Origin: Aeropyrum pernix K1
Lineage (GTDB): Archaea > Thermoproteota > Thermoprotei_A > Sulfolobales > Acidilobaceae
DNA length: 32,000 nt
Direction: 5' to 3'
Assembly (NCBI RefSeq): GCF_000011125.1
Contig: NC_000854.2
Location: forward strand, 1,170,001-1,202,000
This document shows, piece by piece, positions 16,899-28,067 of the stretch. The position numbers and the translations under genes are program-made. Under the pieces are notes generated by a model. The model saw only the letters and a list, made by a program, of their open reading frames with translations. It made no database searches and was not told where the DNA came from. Each line of letters begins with the position of its first letter. Position 1 is the stretch's first letter.

Positions 16899-17987
16899 AT
16901 GTATTCGGTGTCGCTAATGCACGGAAACCCTAAGACAGCCATCAGGCCTGCAGGATGGCACTATGGGAGGAGGGTCTACTGGATAGAAGGCTTGCCACTG
17001 ATAGGCCACATAGCATTCGGGGTCATAGATCGAGGGACGAATGTGCTCCAGGTAAGGCCAAGTACATTGTGCTTTCACAACTGCATATTCTGCAGCGTGG
17101 ACGCCGGGCCCAGCAGCAGGCGGAGGAGAAGTGAGTATACGGTCGAGTGGGAGCAGCTTGTCGTGTGGGTAGAGAAAGTAGCAAGGGTAAAGGGGGGCGG
17201 GCTCGAGGCTCTGATAGACGGGGTTGGAGAACCCTTAACACACCCCCATATAACCAGGATTATCAAGGCCCTCAAGGGGCTGGATGCCATAGAACGAGTA
17301 GCCCTGGAAACCCATGGGGGAAGTTTATCCAAAAGCCTGGCCCGCGCGCTTGAGAAAGCAGGATTAGACAGGATAAACCTGAGTGTAGATGCTGCCGACC
17401 CCAGGCTAGCCCGCTCGCTAGTGGGCGTAGACTGGTACGGAGTTGACAGGGTTTTGAAGACGGCCGAGTGGATAATAGCCAACACGTCCATAGACGTCGT
17501 TCTAACACCCGTCGTGCTCCCAGGGGTAAACGAGAAGGAGATGGCTACCCTGGTGCATTGGGCTAGGCGGGTGGGCGCCGGGAGGAAGAGCGGATGGCCA
17601 ACAGGGGTTTTGATTCAGAAGTTCGAGATACACAAGTACGGGAGAAAGCCGTCTACCGTTAAAAGCGTCTGGGGGTGGAGGAGGTTCTACACTTGGCTTG
17701 CCAGGCTTGAGAAGGAGACGGGCTATCGGCTTCTAGTAGACCCGGGAGAGATAGGCTTCAAGCCTAGGCCGAGGGTAGAGAAGCCTTTCGAAAGGGGTGA
17801 CAGGGTGACCTTAGTCCTAGTAGGGCCTGGGTGGCACAAGGGCGAGTTGCTAGCTGTTGATCGCGGGTGGAGGAGGGTTGTAGCGCTCTATGGATTAACA
17901 GAGGGTGAGGCGCTGACACCGGGTGCCGAGGTCGAGGCAAGGATAGTTCGGGATAAGGACAACATTTTCATAGCGGTTCCATACTAG
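16899..17987 (+). CDS. Radical SAM protein (COG2100-like) with a C-terminal beta-rich TRAM-like domain
   Basis: RPSTLCFHNCIFCSVDAGP (CxxxCxxC cluster), DGVGEPLTHPHI, RINLSVDAAD, and a C-terminal GDRVTLVLVGPGWHKGELLAVDRGWRRVVAL segment. Confidence 0.8.
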   Translation: MYSVSLMHGNPKTAIRPAGWHYGRRVYWIEGLPLIGHIAFGVIDRGTNVLQVRPSTLCFHNCIFCSVDAGPSSRRRRSEYTVEWEQLVVWVEKVARVKGGGLEALIDGVGEPLTHPHITRIIKALKGLDAIERVALETHGGSLSKSLARALEKAGLDRINLSVDAADPRLARSLVGVDWYGVDRVLKTAEWIIANTSIDVVLTPVVLPGVNEKEMATLVHWARRVGAGRKSGWPTGVLIQKFEIHKYGRKPSTVKSVWGWRRFYTWLARLEKETGYRLLVDPGEIGFKPRPRVEKPFERGDRVTLVLVGPGWHKGELLAVDRGWRRVVALYGLTEGEALTPGAEVEARIVRDKDNIFIAVPY

Positions 17988-18034
17988 CAGGTGTGAGCCG
18001 ATAATAGCCGCGCCGCCTAAGACTAAACTAGGGG

Positions 18035-18865
18035 TTGTACCGAGTCTTGGAGACCCCGGAGCGCATAGGCCTAGCCCTAATAACGTTCCTCTCGTCGCCG
18101 ATAAAGCCGGGAAGCCTACACAGGCTAGTGCCCTCCGGAATCTTCGAGGCTAGACTGGGAGAGGCATATATAGTGGCGCGTGCAGCTCAAAAGGCATTTA
18201 AAAGCGGTGAGGACCTGGGCTCTGGGAGGCTTGACGCCAAGTCACTTGGTCTAGGCAGGATCATATCTTCATCAATAATTGAAACCTTCGATTCTATAGG
18301 AGAGAAGCCCATACCGGGCGTACACGCCGCGGTCATAACGCTCTCCCTCCTGGCGGGGCTGGCCGGAAGGGAGGGTAGGGTTCTGTCGCAGAACCTCTCA
18401 GCCACAGTTAGAAGAGTACTTTACCGTTCCTCACCGGAGGATTCCGTGTCCCTAGTGGAGAGCCTAGAAGCTGTGGGCGCCTCGAGCCTTGTAGAGGTCC
18501 TCGAGAAAGAGGGTATCAGGAGGAGTACTATACTAGCCTACGGCTATACTCTAGGCGATATATTCGAGAAGATTCAGGATGCAGATACAGGCTTCTCGAT
18601 AAACATGAAGGGGTATGGAAGGCTTCTTACAGTATACCGGGCCGCCTCGAAGCAGAAAAACCTTGTTGCAGCCTCCATAGCATCGTATCTCGAAGCTATG
18701 AAGCTAGTGGGCGTGGAGGCGCCAGCATTGAACGCCAGGGAACTGGTTGAGGCGGACAGGAGGCTCAGATCGCAGGGCTTCAAAGGGGAGAGGCTCCTGG
18801 GGCTGGCCGCGGCTGGCACTGCACTCGCCTACTTAGAGAAGCCGATGCCAATCTCGTCCATCTAA
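18035..18865 (+). CDS. CitG-like (triphosphoribosyl-dephospho-CoA synthase, COG1767) family protein, divergent
   Basis: 276-aa ORF with an SSPIKPGSLHRL segment resembling the COG1767 SPKPGNVHR motif, plus PGVHAAVITLSLLAGLAG and an all-helical pattern. Apparent TTG start. Confidence 0.45.
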   Translation: MYRVLETPERIGLALITFLSSPIKPGSLHRLVPSGIFEARLGEAYIVARAAQKAFKSGEDLGSGRLDAKSLGLGRIISSSIIETFDSIGEKPIPGVHAAVITLSLLAGLAGREGRVLSQNLSATVRRVLYRSSPEDSVSLVESLEAVGASSLVEVLEKEGIRRSTILAYGYTLGDIFEKIQDADTGFSINMKGYGRLLTVYRAASKQKNLVAASIASYLEAMKLVGVEAPALNARELVEADRRLRSQGFKGERLLGLAAAGTALAYLEKPMPISSI

Positions 18866-18870
18866 TCCAT

Positions 18871-19641
18871 CTAATAATACGTTTTCATAAGCAGTATCCT
18901 GAGGGCGAGGCCTAGCCTCCTCTTATCAACTAGCAAAGGCGCCAGGGCAACGCCTGTAAGAAAACCTCCCACGTGGGCCCAGAAGGCTATACCGGCGGAG
19001 ACGCCTGAGACTGATGTGGCGAGCCCCATTACCAGCTGGTATACGAACCAGAATCCTATAAAGATGCTTGCAGGCACGCTGAGAACGAGGGGGAACCAGC
19101 CCCAGAAGGTCAACATCCTAACCCGGCTGAAGGGTATTAACAGGGCATAGGCCCCGAGGACGCCCGATATCGCCCCTGAAGCCCCCACTGCAGGGATCAT
19201 CCACGGGTTTGCGCTGGACAACGCCGCGTTTATAAGGGCTTCGGAGGGCATGAACGCTATGCTGGCTATGTGGAATACAACCGCCCCCAGCCCGCTCCCT
19301 ATATAGAGTATGATGTACCTAGCCCTCCCCAGAATAGACTCTATGTTATCCCCGAAAATGTAGAGATACAGCATGTTGCCCAGTATATGGGCCCAGCTGC
19401 CGTGTAGAAACATTGACGTGAAGACAGTGTAGAGCCTCTCCCCCGCGACAACATAGGCGGGTATCATGCCCAGGGCCGCTATAACATCACTATAGCTCCT
19501 GCTACCGGGCACTATAACCCACGGAGCTGTTAATCCCACTATAAAAGCCGCAAAGTTCAACGCTATTATGGACATGTTTACAATGGGGGCGCCCAGCTCC
19601 CTCACATCCTCGTCTCCAAGGGGTATGCCCAAGCCCGGCAT
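18871..19641 (-). CDS. Rhomboid family intramembrane serine protease
   Basis: Multi-TM protein with FTSMFLHGSWAHILGNMLYLYIFGDNIES, the catalytic Ser motif GASGAISGVLGAY and catalytic His in AFWAHVGGFLTGVALAPLL. Confidence 0.92.
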   Translation of the reverse strand: MPGLGIPLGDEDVRELGAPIVNMSIIALNFAAFIVGLTAPWVIVPGSRSYSDVIAALGMIPAYVVAGERLYTVFTSMFLHGSWAHILGNMLYLYIFGDNIESILGRARYIILYIGSGLGAVVFHIASIAFMPSEALINAALSSANPWMIPAVGASGAISGVLGAYALLIPFSRVRMLTFWGWFPLVLSVPASIFIGFWFVYQLVMGLATSVSGVSAGIAFWAHVGGFLTGVALAPLLVDKRRLGLALRILLMKTYY

Positions 19642-19798
19642 CCTCCACGTTTGTCCCGTCTCCTACAGCAGGTCCACATACCTAAGTCGAGTGAGGCCAG
19701 TTTTTAAATGTGAGTTGAATAGGTCTCAAAAGAACGATAATAAATCCCTAGGAGGTACAGTGGCCGCTGATTATAGGTAGTGGGGGGTTAAGATCGGC

Positions 19799-20716
19799 AT
19801 GGGAAAGATGGTTTCGTCAACGGCTGGCTACAGGAGCTCGGCACTGGGCAAGCTTAAGGCTTTTATAAGCTTGACTAAGCCTAGGCAGCTTGCCCTGCTA
19901 ATGCTGACCATGTATGGGGCGTATTTCGCCGGGGGAGGCAGTCTAGACCCACGTATGCTTGCGCTTCTTACGATCATGGGGTTCACAAGTATAGGGGGGG
20001 TTACCGCATTTAACATGTACTTCGACAGGGATATAGACGCGATAATGGGCAGGACCAGGAGGAGGCCTCTGCCCTCCGGTGTCTTAAACCCCTATGAAGC
20101 CTTAGCCGGCAGCCTTGCGCTCGTGATCGCTGGGGTTCTCTCTGCCGCAGCCATAAACACTTACGTAGCGCTTACTGTGATCGCCGGCCTGTATTTTGAC
20201 ATCATAGCCTATACACAGCTGACAAAGAGGTTCACACCCTTGAGCATAATATTCGGGAGCATAGCGGGCAGTATGCCTGCCCTAGGCGGGTGGGCGGCTG
20301 CAGCGGGCTCGATAACAACGGGAGGAGTACTTATGGCTCTCATAGTCTTCCTCTGGCAGCCGATGCACGTCTGGTTCCTGGGATACTATTTCAAGGAGGA
20401 GTATAGCGTGGCGCGTATACCGATACTTCCGAGCAACGGGAACCCGAGACTTGTTTCCAGCCTTATAGCTGTCAGCCTCGCTGGTCTCATAGCCGTCGCG
20501 TGGGCCTTCGCCCTCTATTATGGATATGGGTTCCTGACCGCCGTCATCACCACAGTGCTTGCAGCACTAGCCATATCGAGGATAGGAGGGTTCGCCAGAA
20601 CAGGTGAGAGGCGGGAGGCCCTAAAGCTATTCAAGTTCGCTAGCCCCATAATAGCGGTTGTTTTCATAATACTCCCGCTAGAGAGAACGCTAGTCTATAC
20701 ACTGCTACTGGGATAG
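19799..20716 (+). CDS. ctaB: Protoheme IX farnesyltransferase (UbiA superfamily)
   Basis: KAFISLTKPRQLALLMLTMYGAYF, ITIMGFTSIGGVTAFNMYFDRDIDAIMGRTRRRPLPSG, WQPMHVWFLGYYFKEEYSVARIPILPSNGN (prenyltransferase Asp motifs and the heme O synthase-type HVWFLGYYFKEEY). Confidence 0.9.
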   Translation: MGKMVSSTAGYRSSALGKLKAFISLTKPRQLALLMLTMYGAYFAGGGSLDPRMLALLTIMGFTSIGGVTAFNMYFDRDIDAIMGRTRRRPLPSGVLNPYEALAGSLALVIAGVLSAAAINTYVALTVIAGLYFDIIAYTQLTKRFTPLSIIFGSIAGSMPALGGWAAAAGSITTGGVLMALIVFLWQPMHVWFLGYYFKEEYSVARIPILPSNGNPRLVSSLIAVSLAGLIAVAWAFALYYGYGFLTAVITTVLAALAISRIGGFARTGERREALKLFKFASPIIAVVFIILPLERTLVYTLLLG

Positions 20717-20723
20717 GCGTATT

Positions 20724-21521
20724 GTGAAAGGTGTTAGAGTAGTGGCAGGGCGTGAGGGGCAGGATTGGAACGCGCTGGCTGGCCATATACTGTTGGGGCT
20801 GGCTGGCATACCTTTCATGGCGTTCATAGTGCTACCCGAAGACCTAGGGTTCTCCATGTTAGCCTTAGGCATGTACATGGCTGGTGCAGCCGCCATAGTC
20901 TCCGCGGTAAGGAGCGTTAAGAGCTTAGCAGCTAGCCTGGCACTCATGCTAGGAGCCCTCTTAGCGTTCGCCATTAACCCTAAGCTCTGGATAGCCTCTG
21001 TTGTCCTCAACGCCGTGGCATCGCTTCTCGCCTTCACAGGAAATAGGGCGGCGGGCGTGGCAGGGTTAGCGACTATAGTAGCACTGGCCGTAGACTTGAG
21101 CCCCTACAGCTACAAGTGGCTATTGTTATCAGGCTATATAGCACTTATATCACTGGCGTCATTCCTCCTGACCAGAAGGATCCACTCGGTATCAATAGGA
21201 GCGGCGGCTCTAGCCCCCCTGTTTCTGGACCACGAGCTTGCAATGATTATAGCAACAGCCACCCTATACTACTTTATATACTTCGCGGACATACTCGGAG
21301 CGTCCAGATGCCCGTTCAGGGTCGACGAGCCCACCATGCTCTCAAGCGTGCCCATACTACTCATAGGCCTCCTCCTCTGGCTAGGAGGTTTCACGGTGTA
21401 TGCAAAGCCGGTTCTAGCAGCAGGGCTAGTAGTCCTAGCCTCAGCATTTCTAAGACCTGTTTCGCCGGAATACAGCTCCACAGGGGTTGTAGAGGTCGAG
21501 AAAAAGGGAGGGCTAAAATAG
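20724..21521 (+). CDS. Polytopic membrane protein of unknown function downstream of ctaB
   Basis: 265-aa ORF, GTG start 7 nt after the ctaB ORF, about 8 hydrophobic segments. Confidence 0.7.
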   Translation: MKGVRVVAGREGQDWNALAGHILLGLAGIPFMAFIVLPEDLGFSMLALGMYMAGAAAIVSAVRSVKSLAASLALMLGALLAFAINPKLWIASVVLNAVASLLAFTGNRAAGVAGLATIVALAVDLSPYSYKWLLLSGYIALISLASFLLTRRIHSVSIGAAALAPLFLDHELAMIIATATLYYFIYFADILGASRCPFRVDEPTMLSSVPILLIGLLLWLGGFTVYAKPVLAAGLVVLASAFLRPVSPEYSSTGVVEVEKKGGLK

Positions 21522-21555
21522 TGTTAGTCACGGGGCCTGATAGGACAGATTTTGT

Positions 21556-24018
21556 TTACGCCTTTCTGAATGCTAACACAACCCCTCCTAGCCCAGCTAG
21601 TAGGGCCAGCACGCTAAGGCCTATGGCCATGTTGCCCCTACTTACGGCCGTCTCAGCGTCGCCCTTCGCCTCCTCTACACCCTTCTGAATAGACGTTCCC
21701 AGATCCTCTATAGCGCCCATTATACCTGAGGTCTTCTCATTTATGAGAGACTCAATCTCGCCTAGCATGGAGTTTACCGTGCTCCTCGTCTTCTCCCCCT
21801 CACTTCTTACCTCGTTTTTGATGTCCTCAGAAGCGGCGTCTATCTTGGAATTTATGGATGACTCGATGTCGCCGAGCCTGGAGGATAGGGTGTCGACGCT
21901 AGCCGATACGTCGTCCAGGCTCCCCTTTATTTCGCCTATATCCTGGCTATTCTGCCTCGCTATCTCCTCCAGCGAGGCCATCCTAGTCTCCAGAGACTCC
22001 AACGCCGAGCCCGTCGACATGGCTGTCTCCCGTACGCTCTCCAGTATCTCCTGCCTGCTAGCGTCTACAGCCCCTAAGACAACGTCAATATATGTTACCT
22101 CTTTCTCCGCGTGTATGGATGAGTCCGAGAAAGCCACTAGCTGCAGCGAATAGGAGCCTGAAGCCAGAGGCGGTAGGATAGTCTTCTGCACAGCCCTACC
22201 CAACTCGTCGGTGAATATTAAACTATCTATCCTGGTGAGGGAGACCCCCTCTATGCTAAGCATGTATACTCCATATGAGGGGAAGTCCTCGAGCTGTATG
22301 CTCGCTATAGCCGCTCTACCAGCCTCCAGCTCCTCAGGAGCTACTATAAGCCTGGGCTGGGGCCTCTCACCCAGCTTAGCGTAGAATATGCTGGTATCTC
22401 CCCCGATGTAGATGAGGGAGCCGACCTTCTTTATCGACATCCTAGCGTCCGTCCAGACAGCGTATACTTGGCCCTGTGAGGCGGCCACGTTGAAGTAGTC
22501 TCCTATGAAGAACACTCCCAAGGCGAAGCTCGCATAATCGGTAACCTGGCCATACTCGATGGACCCGCTGGCGGGGTCAAAGGTGGCGTATATAACGTGG
22601 TAGGACATGTGTGAAGGGTCATTCATAGTGTCACCCCATATCACGTGTACTCGCCCGCTCTCGTCGACGTCGAGCCAGGGGAAGAACTGTAGGCTTCCCT
22701 CGCCCCGGCTGATCATCAGGGGCTCCTCCCAAACCTGGCTCTCCGGGGTCTTGTACACCAGGAACACGTCGCCCGGATCGTCTTGGCCTGCGGAAGCGTA
22801 CGCCACGTATATCGTTCCGTCGGGGGAGACGTCGATTGAGGGGAACATGGAGGCCGCCATTCTGAAGCCGGAGGGCGAGTAATAATCCATCTCCCTCTCT
22901 ATAACCGCTGCCTGCTCAGGCTTGCTCCAGGTTTGACCGAGGTCCTGGGAGACTGAGACCATTATGGCAGCCTTCCCTTCTAGGTAGCCGTCGCTTAGGG
23001 AGTCGTAGTAGGCCACGTATATGGAGCCGTCTGGTGATACGGCGGGGTTCGAGCCCTGGAGGACCTGAATCCCGCCTCCGAACCTCATGCCTTCAGAGGT
23101 GTTCACCGCCTCTGCGACTGTCGAGGGTCCTATCCATGTCGAGCCTCCGTCTGGGGATACTACGGCTGTTATGCGTAATATAGTGGTCGAGAACCCATTT
23201 ATGGTGTCGTATCCGTCGGCTATGGCTGTGTAAGTGACGACTACAACGTCGCTACCCCCGACCCTAGCTGCAGAGATGTAGGGTTTGTCGAGCATGACGC
23301 TGAACGGTATGATTCCGCTCTGGTTCATCTCGTCAATAAGGTAGTCGGGCTCAATAACATGTATAATGCTCCAAGAGGCACCGCCGTCCACACTCTTGGC
23401 GACAACTATAGAAGCCGATAGATAGTAGCCTCCAGGCGTTTCCCTGGGCCCTATAGACATGTAGGCAAGGTAGAATACACCATCGCCCGTTGACGCTAGA
23501 GCCGGGTCTGAATGGTATATATCCCCCTCCTGAGCAAGGGGCATCACCAGAGGTCCAGCCCAGGTGGCACCACCGTCCATGCTATAATACACGCCTATAG
23601 CGTTGGGAAGGCCCGCCAGCCTTTCGTGGTGAGACGCAACTACCACATTATCAGGATTCCCGGGATCAACCGCTATAGAAGGCTCGTGCTCATAGCCGAA
23701 AATACCGCTTTCAACACTAACCTTATGGTTCCTCGTGAAAGACATTGTGAAGCTGTCGTAGGGGTCGTTAATGCTATAGGCTACAGTACTGCTCACGAGT
23801 AGATTATCATTTAGTGCTGGAGACGGCTCCCCGGCGGTCATGCCAACGCCCACACTGTAGTAGAAGTTCCCGCTAGGGCCTGCAATCTGGCCGCTATAGT
23901 TCCCCAGATCGCCTTGATAGCCCGCTAAAGCAGGCGGGGCTGCTATGACAGCGAGTAGTATTAGAAGCGGTGCAATCCTGGAAAGGATTCCCACGATCAT
24001 GCACCCCGAGGTCCTCAC
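21556..24018 (-). CDS. Secreted, membrane-anchored BNR/sialidase-type beta-propeller protein with C-terminal coiled-coil stalk and TM anchor (820 aa)
   Basis: Signal-peptide-like N-terminus (LLILLAVIAAPPALAG); repeated Asp-box-like blades (SMDGGATWAGP, SVDGGASWSII, SPDGGSTWIGP, SQDLGQTWSKP); C-terminal heptad-rich region (LESRMASLEEIARQNSQDIGEIKGSLDDVSASVDTLSSRLGDIESSINSKID...) and a final TM (AIGLSVLALLAGLGGVVLAF) with RKA tail. Confidence 0.8.
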   Translation of the reverse strand: MRTSGCMIVGILSRIAPLLILLAVIAAPPALAGYQGDLGNYSGQIAGPSGNFYYSVGVGMTAGEPSPALNDNLLVSSTVAYSINDPYDSFTMSFTRNHKVSVESGIFGYEHEPSIAVDPGNPDNVVVASHHERLAGLPNAIGVYYSMDGGATWAGPLVMPLAQEGDIYHSDPALASTGDGVFYLAYMSIGPRETPGGYYLSASIVVAKSVDGGASWSIIHVIEPDYLIDEMNQSGIIPFSVMLDKPYISAARVGGSDVVVVTYTAIADGYDTINGFSTTILRITAVVSPDGGSTWIGPSTVAEAVNTSEGMRFGGGIQVLQGSNPAVSPDGSIYVAYYDSLSDGYLEGKAAIMVSVSQDLGQTWSKPEQAAVIEREMDYYSPSGFRMAASMFPSIDVSPDGTIYVAYASAGQDDPGDVFLVYKTPESQVWEEPLMISRGEGSLQFFPWLDVDESGRVHVIWGDTMNDPSHMSYHVIYATFDPASGSIEYGQVTDYASFALGVFFIGDYFNVAASQGQVYAVWTDARMSIKKVGSLIYIGGDTSIFYAKLGERPQPRLIVAPEELEAGRAAIASIQLEDFPSYGVYMLSIEGVSLTRIDSLIFTDELGRAVQKTILPPLASGSYSLQLVAFSDSSIHAEKEVTYIDVVLGAVDASRQEILESVRETAMSTGSALESLETRMASLEEIARQNSQDIGEIKGSLDDVSASVDTLSSRLGDIESSINSKIDAASEDIKNEVRSEGEKTRSTVNSMLGEIESLINEKTSGIMGAIEDLGTSIQKGVEEAKGDAETAVSRGNMAIGLSVLALLAGLGGVVLAFRKA

Positions 24019-24136
24019 GACTGGGTTTATACTTGTAAATACGAATTAATAAATAGATAGCCCTCGGCCGGCTAGCGACAGACATATAGATGCCCGCGCC
24101 ATGGCGGGAGGAAGCGTAGAGCAAGTGTGTGTAGGG

Positions 24137-24213
24137 TGGTGGACCGGCCGGGATTTGAACCCGGGGCCTCCCGGGTGCAAGCCGGGCGCTCTTCCAGGCT
24201 GAGCTACCGGCCC
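24137..24213 (-). tRNA. tRNA-Ala(UGC), CCA encoded, no intron
   Basis: Minus strand: acceptor GGGCCGG/CCGGTCC, anticodon loop CTTGCAC within GCCCGG...CCGGG, T arm CCGGG-TTCAAAT-CCCGG, ACCA end. Confidence 0.92.
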
Positions 24214-24307
24214 ACCCAGGCTAAACTAACATATGTCTACAGGAGTTTTTAACCTATTACCGCCTAGACAGTTTTCAGCCCCAACAAACAACCTTTCATG
24301 CAGGTGA

Positions 24308-25973
<1,666 letters not shown>

Positions 25974-26014
25974 CTCCGCCTAAATTTCCGCCGGCCACTA
26001 TATTTTAGCATGGG

Positions 26015-27316
26015 GTGCATAATCTTTTGCCGTCGCCCTACGACCCCCGTCTAGACGGTCTCTGTGTAAGAATAGCTGCATCCCCCCTGCACAGCCCCAT
26101 ACTGATAGCGAGGATATCCAGGCTGCTTGAGGGAGGCTTCAAAACCCTCTGGGGCTCCTCGCCTGAGGTGGCGCCATACGCTGTAACTAGTGGCGAGGAG
26201 CTAGAGCTAAGGGGGTGTAAGAGTCTTCTACTCGTACTAGCCACCGGGGGGACAGAAGCTGTAGCATTAGAGGCTGTTGAGAAGGCCAAGGAAGAAGGTG
26301 TGCCAGTGCTTCTAGCAGCTCAACCTTACGCAAACAGCCTGCCAAGCCTCCTGGAAGTCAAGCCCCTGCTCAAAGGCCCAGGAGTCTCATGGATCTACCT
26401 GGGCAGCCTCGATCCTCGAAGCACCGAGGCGCTGCGAACACTGGAACAGGGTGTCAGAGGCCTCTGGGCAGCCTCTAGGGTGCGGGGCTCGAGGATAGCC
26501 GCTATAGGCCCCCCGAGCCCCTGGCTGGTGTCGAGCAGGGCCTGGCACGAGGACCTGGCTAGGCTTGGGGTAGAGCTTGTAGAGGTAGATCCCATAGAGT
26601 TCGCTAGATACGTGGCTGAGGAGAGTGTACCCGAGAGCCTCGGGGAGGAGGTTTTGAGGAGGGGCGAGGTCCTGGATCTAGCCGATGGCGAGCCGAAGAA
26701 GAGCCTGAGGGTCTACCGGGCCATCAAAAGGATGTGGAAAAGCCGAGGGCTAGACGCCGTATCACCTGCCTGCTGGTGGTTCTATAAGGAGGCGGGGGCT
26801 AACGCCTGCCTAGCCCACTCCCTGCTAAACGATGAGGGGCTAGTCGTAGGCTGCGAGGGTGACATCCCCGCCACACTCTCCATGATGCTGGCCACCTACG
26901 CCTCCGGAAAGCCGGCGTTCTTCGCAAACCCGGCACACGTGTCCAGGGACAGTCTGCTGCTAGCCCACTGTACAGCCCCCTTCAGCATGGGCCTCAGGAT
27001 ACAGTTTAGAAGGCACTTTATAACCGGGGGTAGCGTCACCTCCTCAGTCTGGTTCCCCAAGGGCTCCAAGGTTACCGTGTCCAGGCTGGACCCGGGGCTC
27101 GAGGTCCTGAGGGTGGGGGTTGGAATAATAGAGAAGGGCAGGCCTGAGGCCGAAATGCAGTGTGAAAGCCAGATGCTGGTTAGAATGCCGGGCGCCGCCA
27201 GGATACTCGAGGAAAGCATAGGCAACCACTACGTCGCAACCCTGGGCGACAGTTCGGAGGCGCTCCGTGTAGCGGCCGACATTCTGGGCCTGCGTCTAGA
27301 GGTAATTAGCCCCTAA
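26015..27316 (+). CDS. FucI/AraA (L-fucose/L-arabinose isomerase)-fold protein
   Basis: C-terminal ACWWFYKEAGANACLAHSLLNDEGLVVGCEGDIPATLSMMLATYASGKPAFFANPAHVSRDSLLLAHCTAPFSMG strongly resembles the L-fucose isomerase-like core. The N-terminal half has an isomerase-like Rossmann pattern. Confidence 0.65.
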   Translation: MHNLLPSPYDPRLDGLCVRIAASPLHSPILIARISRLLEGGFKTLWGSSPEVAPYAVTSGEELELRGCKSLLLVLATGGTEAVALEAVEKAKEEGVPVLLAAQPYANSLPSLLEVKPLLKGPGVSWIYLGSLDPRSTEALRTLEQGVRGLWAASRVRGSRIAAIGPPSPWLVSSRAWHEDLARLGVELVEVDPIEFARYVAEESVPESLGEEVLRRGEVLDLADGEPKKSLRVYRAIKRMWKSRGLDAVSPACWWFYKEAGANACLAHSLLNDEGLVVGCEGDIPATLSMMLATYASGKPAFFANPAHVSRDSLLLAHCTAPFSMGLRIQFRRHFITGGSVTSSVWFPKGSKVTVSRLDPGLEVLRVGVGIIEKGRPEAEMQCESQMLVRMPGAARILEESIGNHYVATLGDSSEALRVAADILGLRLEVISP

Positions 27317-27990
27317 TGAGGAGGGGGTGTGGAGGGATTTCTACAGCGCCCCTCTTCGACAGGCTCTATGAGAGGTATGATAAGTGGTATGAGGAGAACC
27401 GTTTACTAGCCGCCAACGAGGCTAAAACCGTATCCAGAGCCCTGGAGGGGTCGCCCAGGCCTCTCCTAGAGGTGGGGGTTGGAACGGGGTTCTTCGCCAG
27501 CATAGTCGGGGCAGACGCCGGGCTAGACCCTAGCCTAGGCATGCTGCGTAGAGCCAGGGAGAGGGGGATCCCCCTGCTCGTCGCTGGCGTGGGTGAGAGG
27601 ATGCCCTTCAGGAGCCGCGTCTTCGGCTCGGCCTTGATAGTGGTTACACTGTGTTTCGCGGACGACCCGCAGGAGCTGCTGAGGGAGGTGTGGAGGGTTC
27701 TGGCATGGGGCGGCGTGCTAGTCTCCTGTATAGTGCCGAGGGACAGCAGCTGGGGCGAGTATTATGAGGCTAAGGGGAGGGCTGGCCACCCCTTCTACAG
27801 TAAGGCGCGCTTCATAACCAACGAGATGCACCACACCATGCTCAAAAACGCGGGCTTCAGCCTGGAGAGGCAATACGCCACGCTCAGCTTTAAACCGTGG
27901 GAGGAGCCTAGGGAGGAGGAGCCCGTGGAAGCGTGGGGAGGCGACTACGGCTTCACATGCACACGAGCCAGGAAGAAGCATGTGATATAA
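27316..27990 (+). CDS. Class I SAM-dependent methyltransferase
   Basis: PLLEVGVGTGFFASIVGADAGLDPSLGMLRRARERGIPLLVAGVGERMPFRSRVFGSALIVVTLCFADDPQELLREVWRVLAWGGVLVSCIVPRDS. The start codon overlaps the preceding stop (TAATG). Confidence 0.9.
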   Translation: MRRGCGGISTAPLFDRLYERYDKWYEENRLLAANEAKTVSRALEGSPRPLLEVGVGTGFFASIVGADAGLDPSLGMLRRARERGIPLLVAGVGERMPFRSRVFGSALIVVTLCFADDPQELLREVWRVLAWGGVLVSCIVPRDSSWGEYYEAKGRAGHPFYSKARFITNEMHHTMLKNAGFSLERQYATLSFKPWEEPREEEPVEAWGGDYGFTCTRARKKHVI

Positions 27991-28067
27991 CCGCGCCGGA
28001 TGCTACTAGATAAGATTGAAGGCGGCATAGCCTTCTACCAGGCCCAGCGGCGCGGGGGTGAAGGAAA

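Noticed and set aside
17075-17508. Minus-strand ORFs within the radical SAM gene
   Set aside because: Antisense, low-complexity; the plus-strand frame carries the CxxxCxxC motif.
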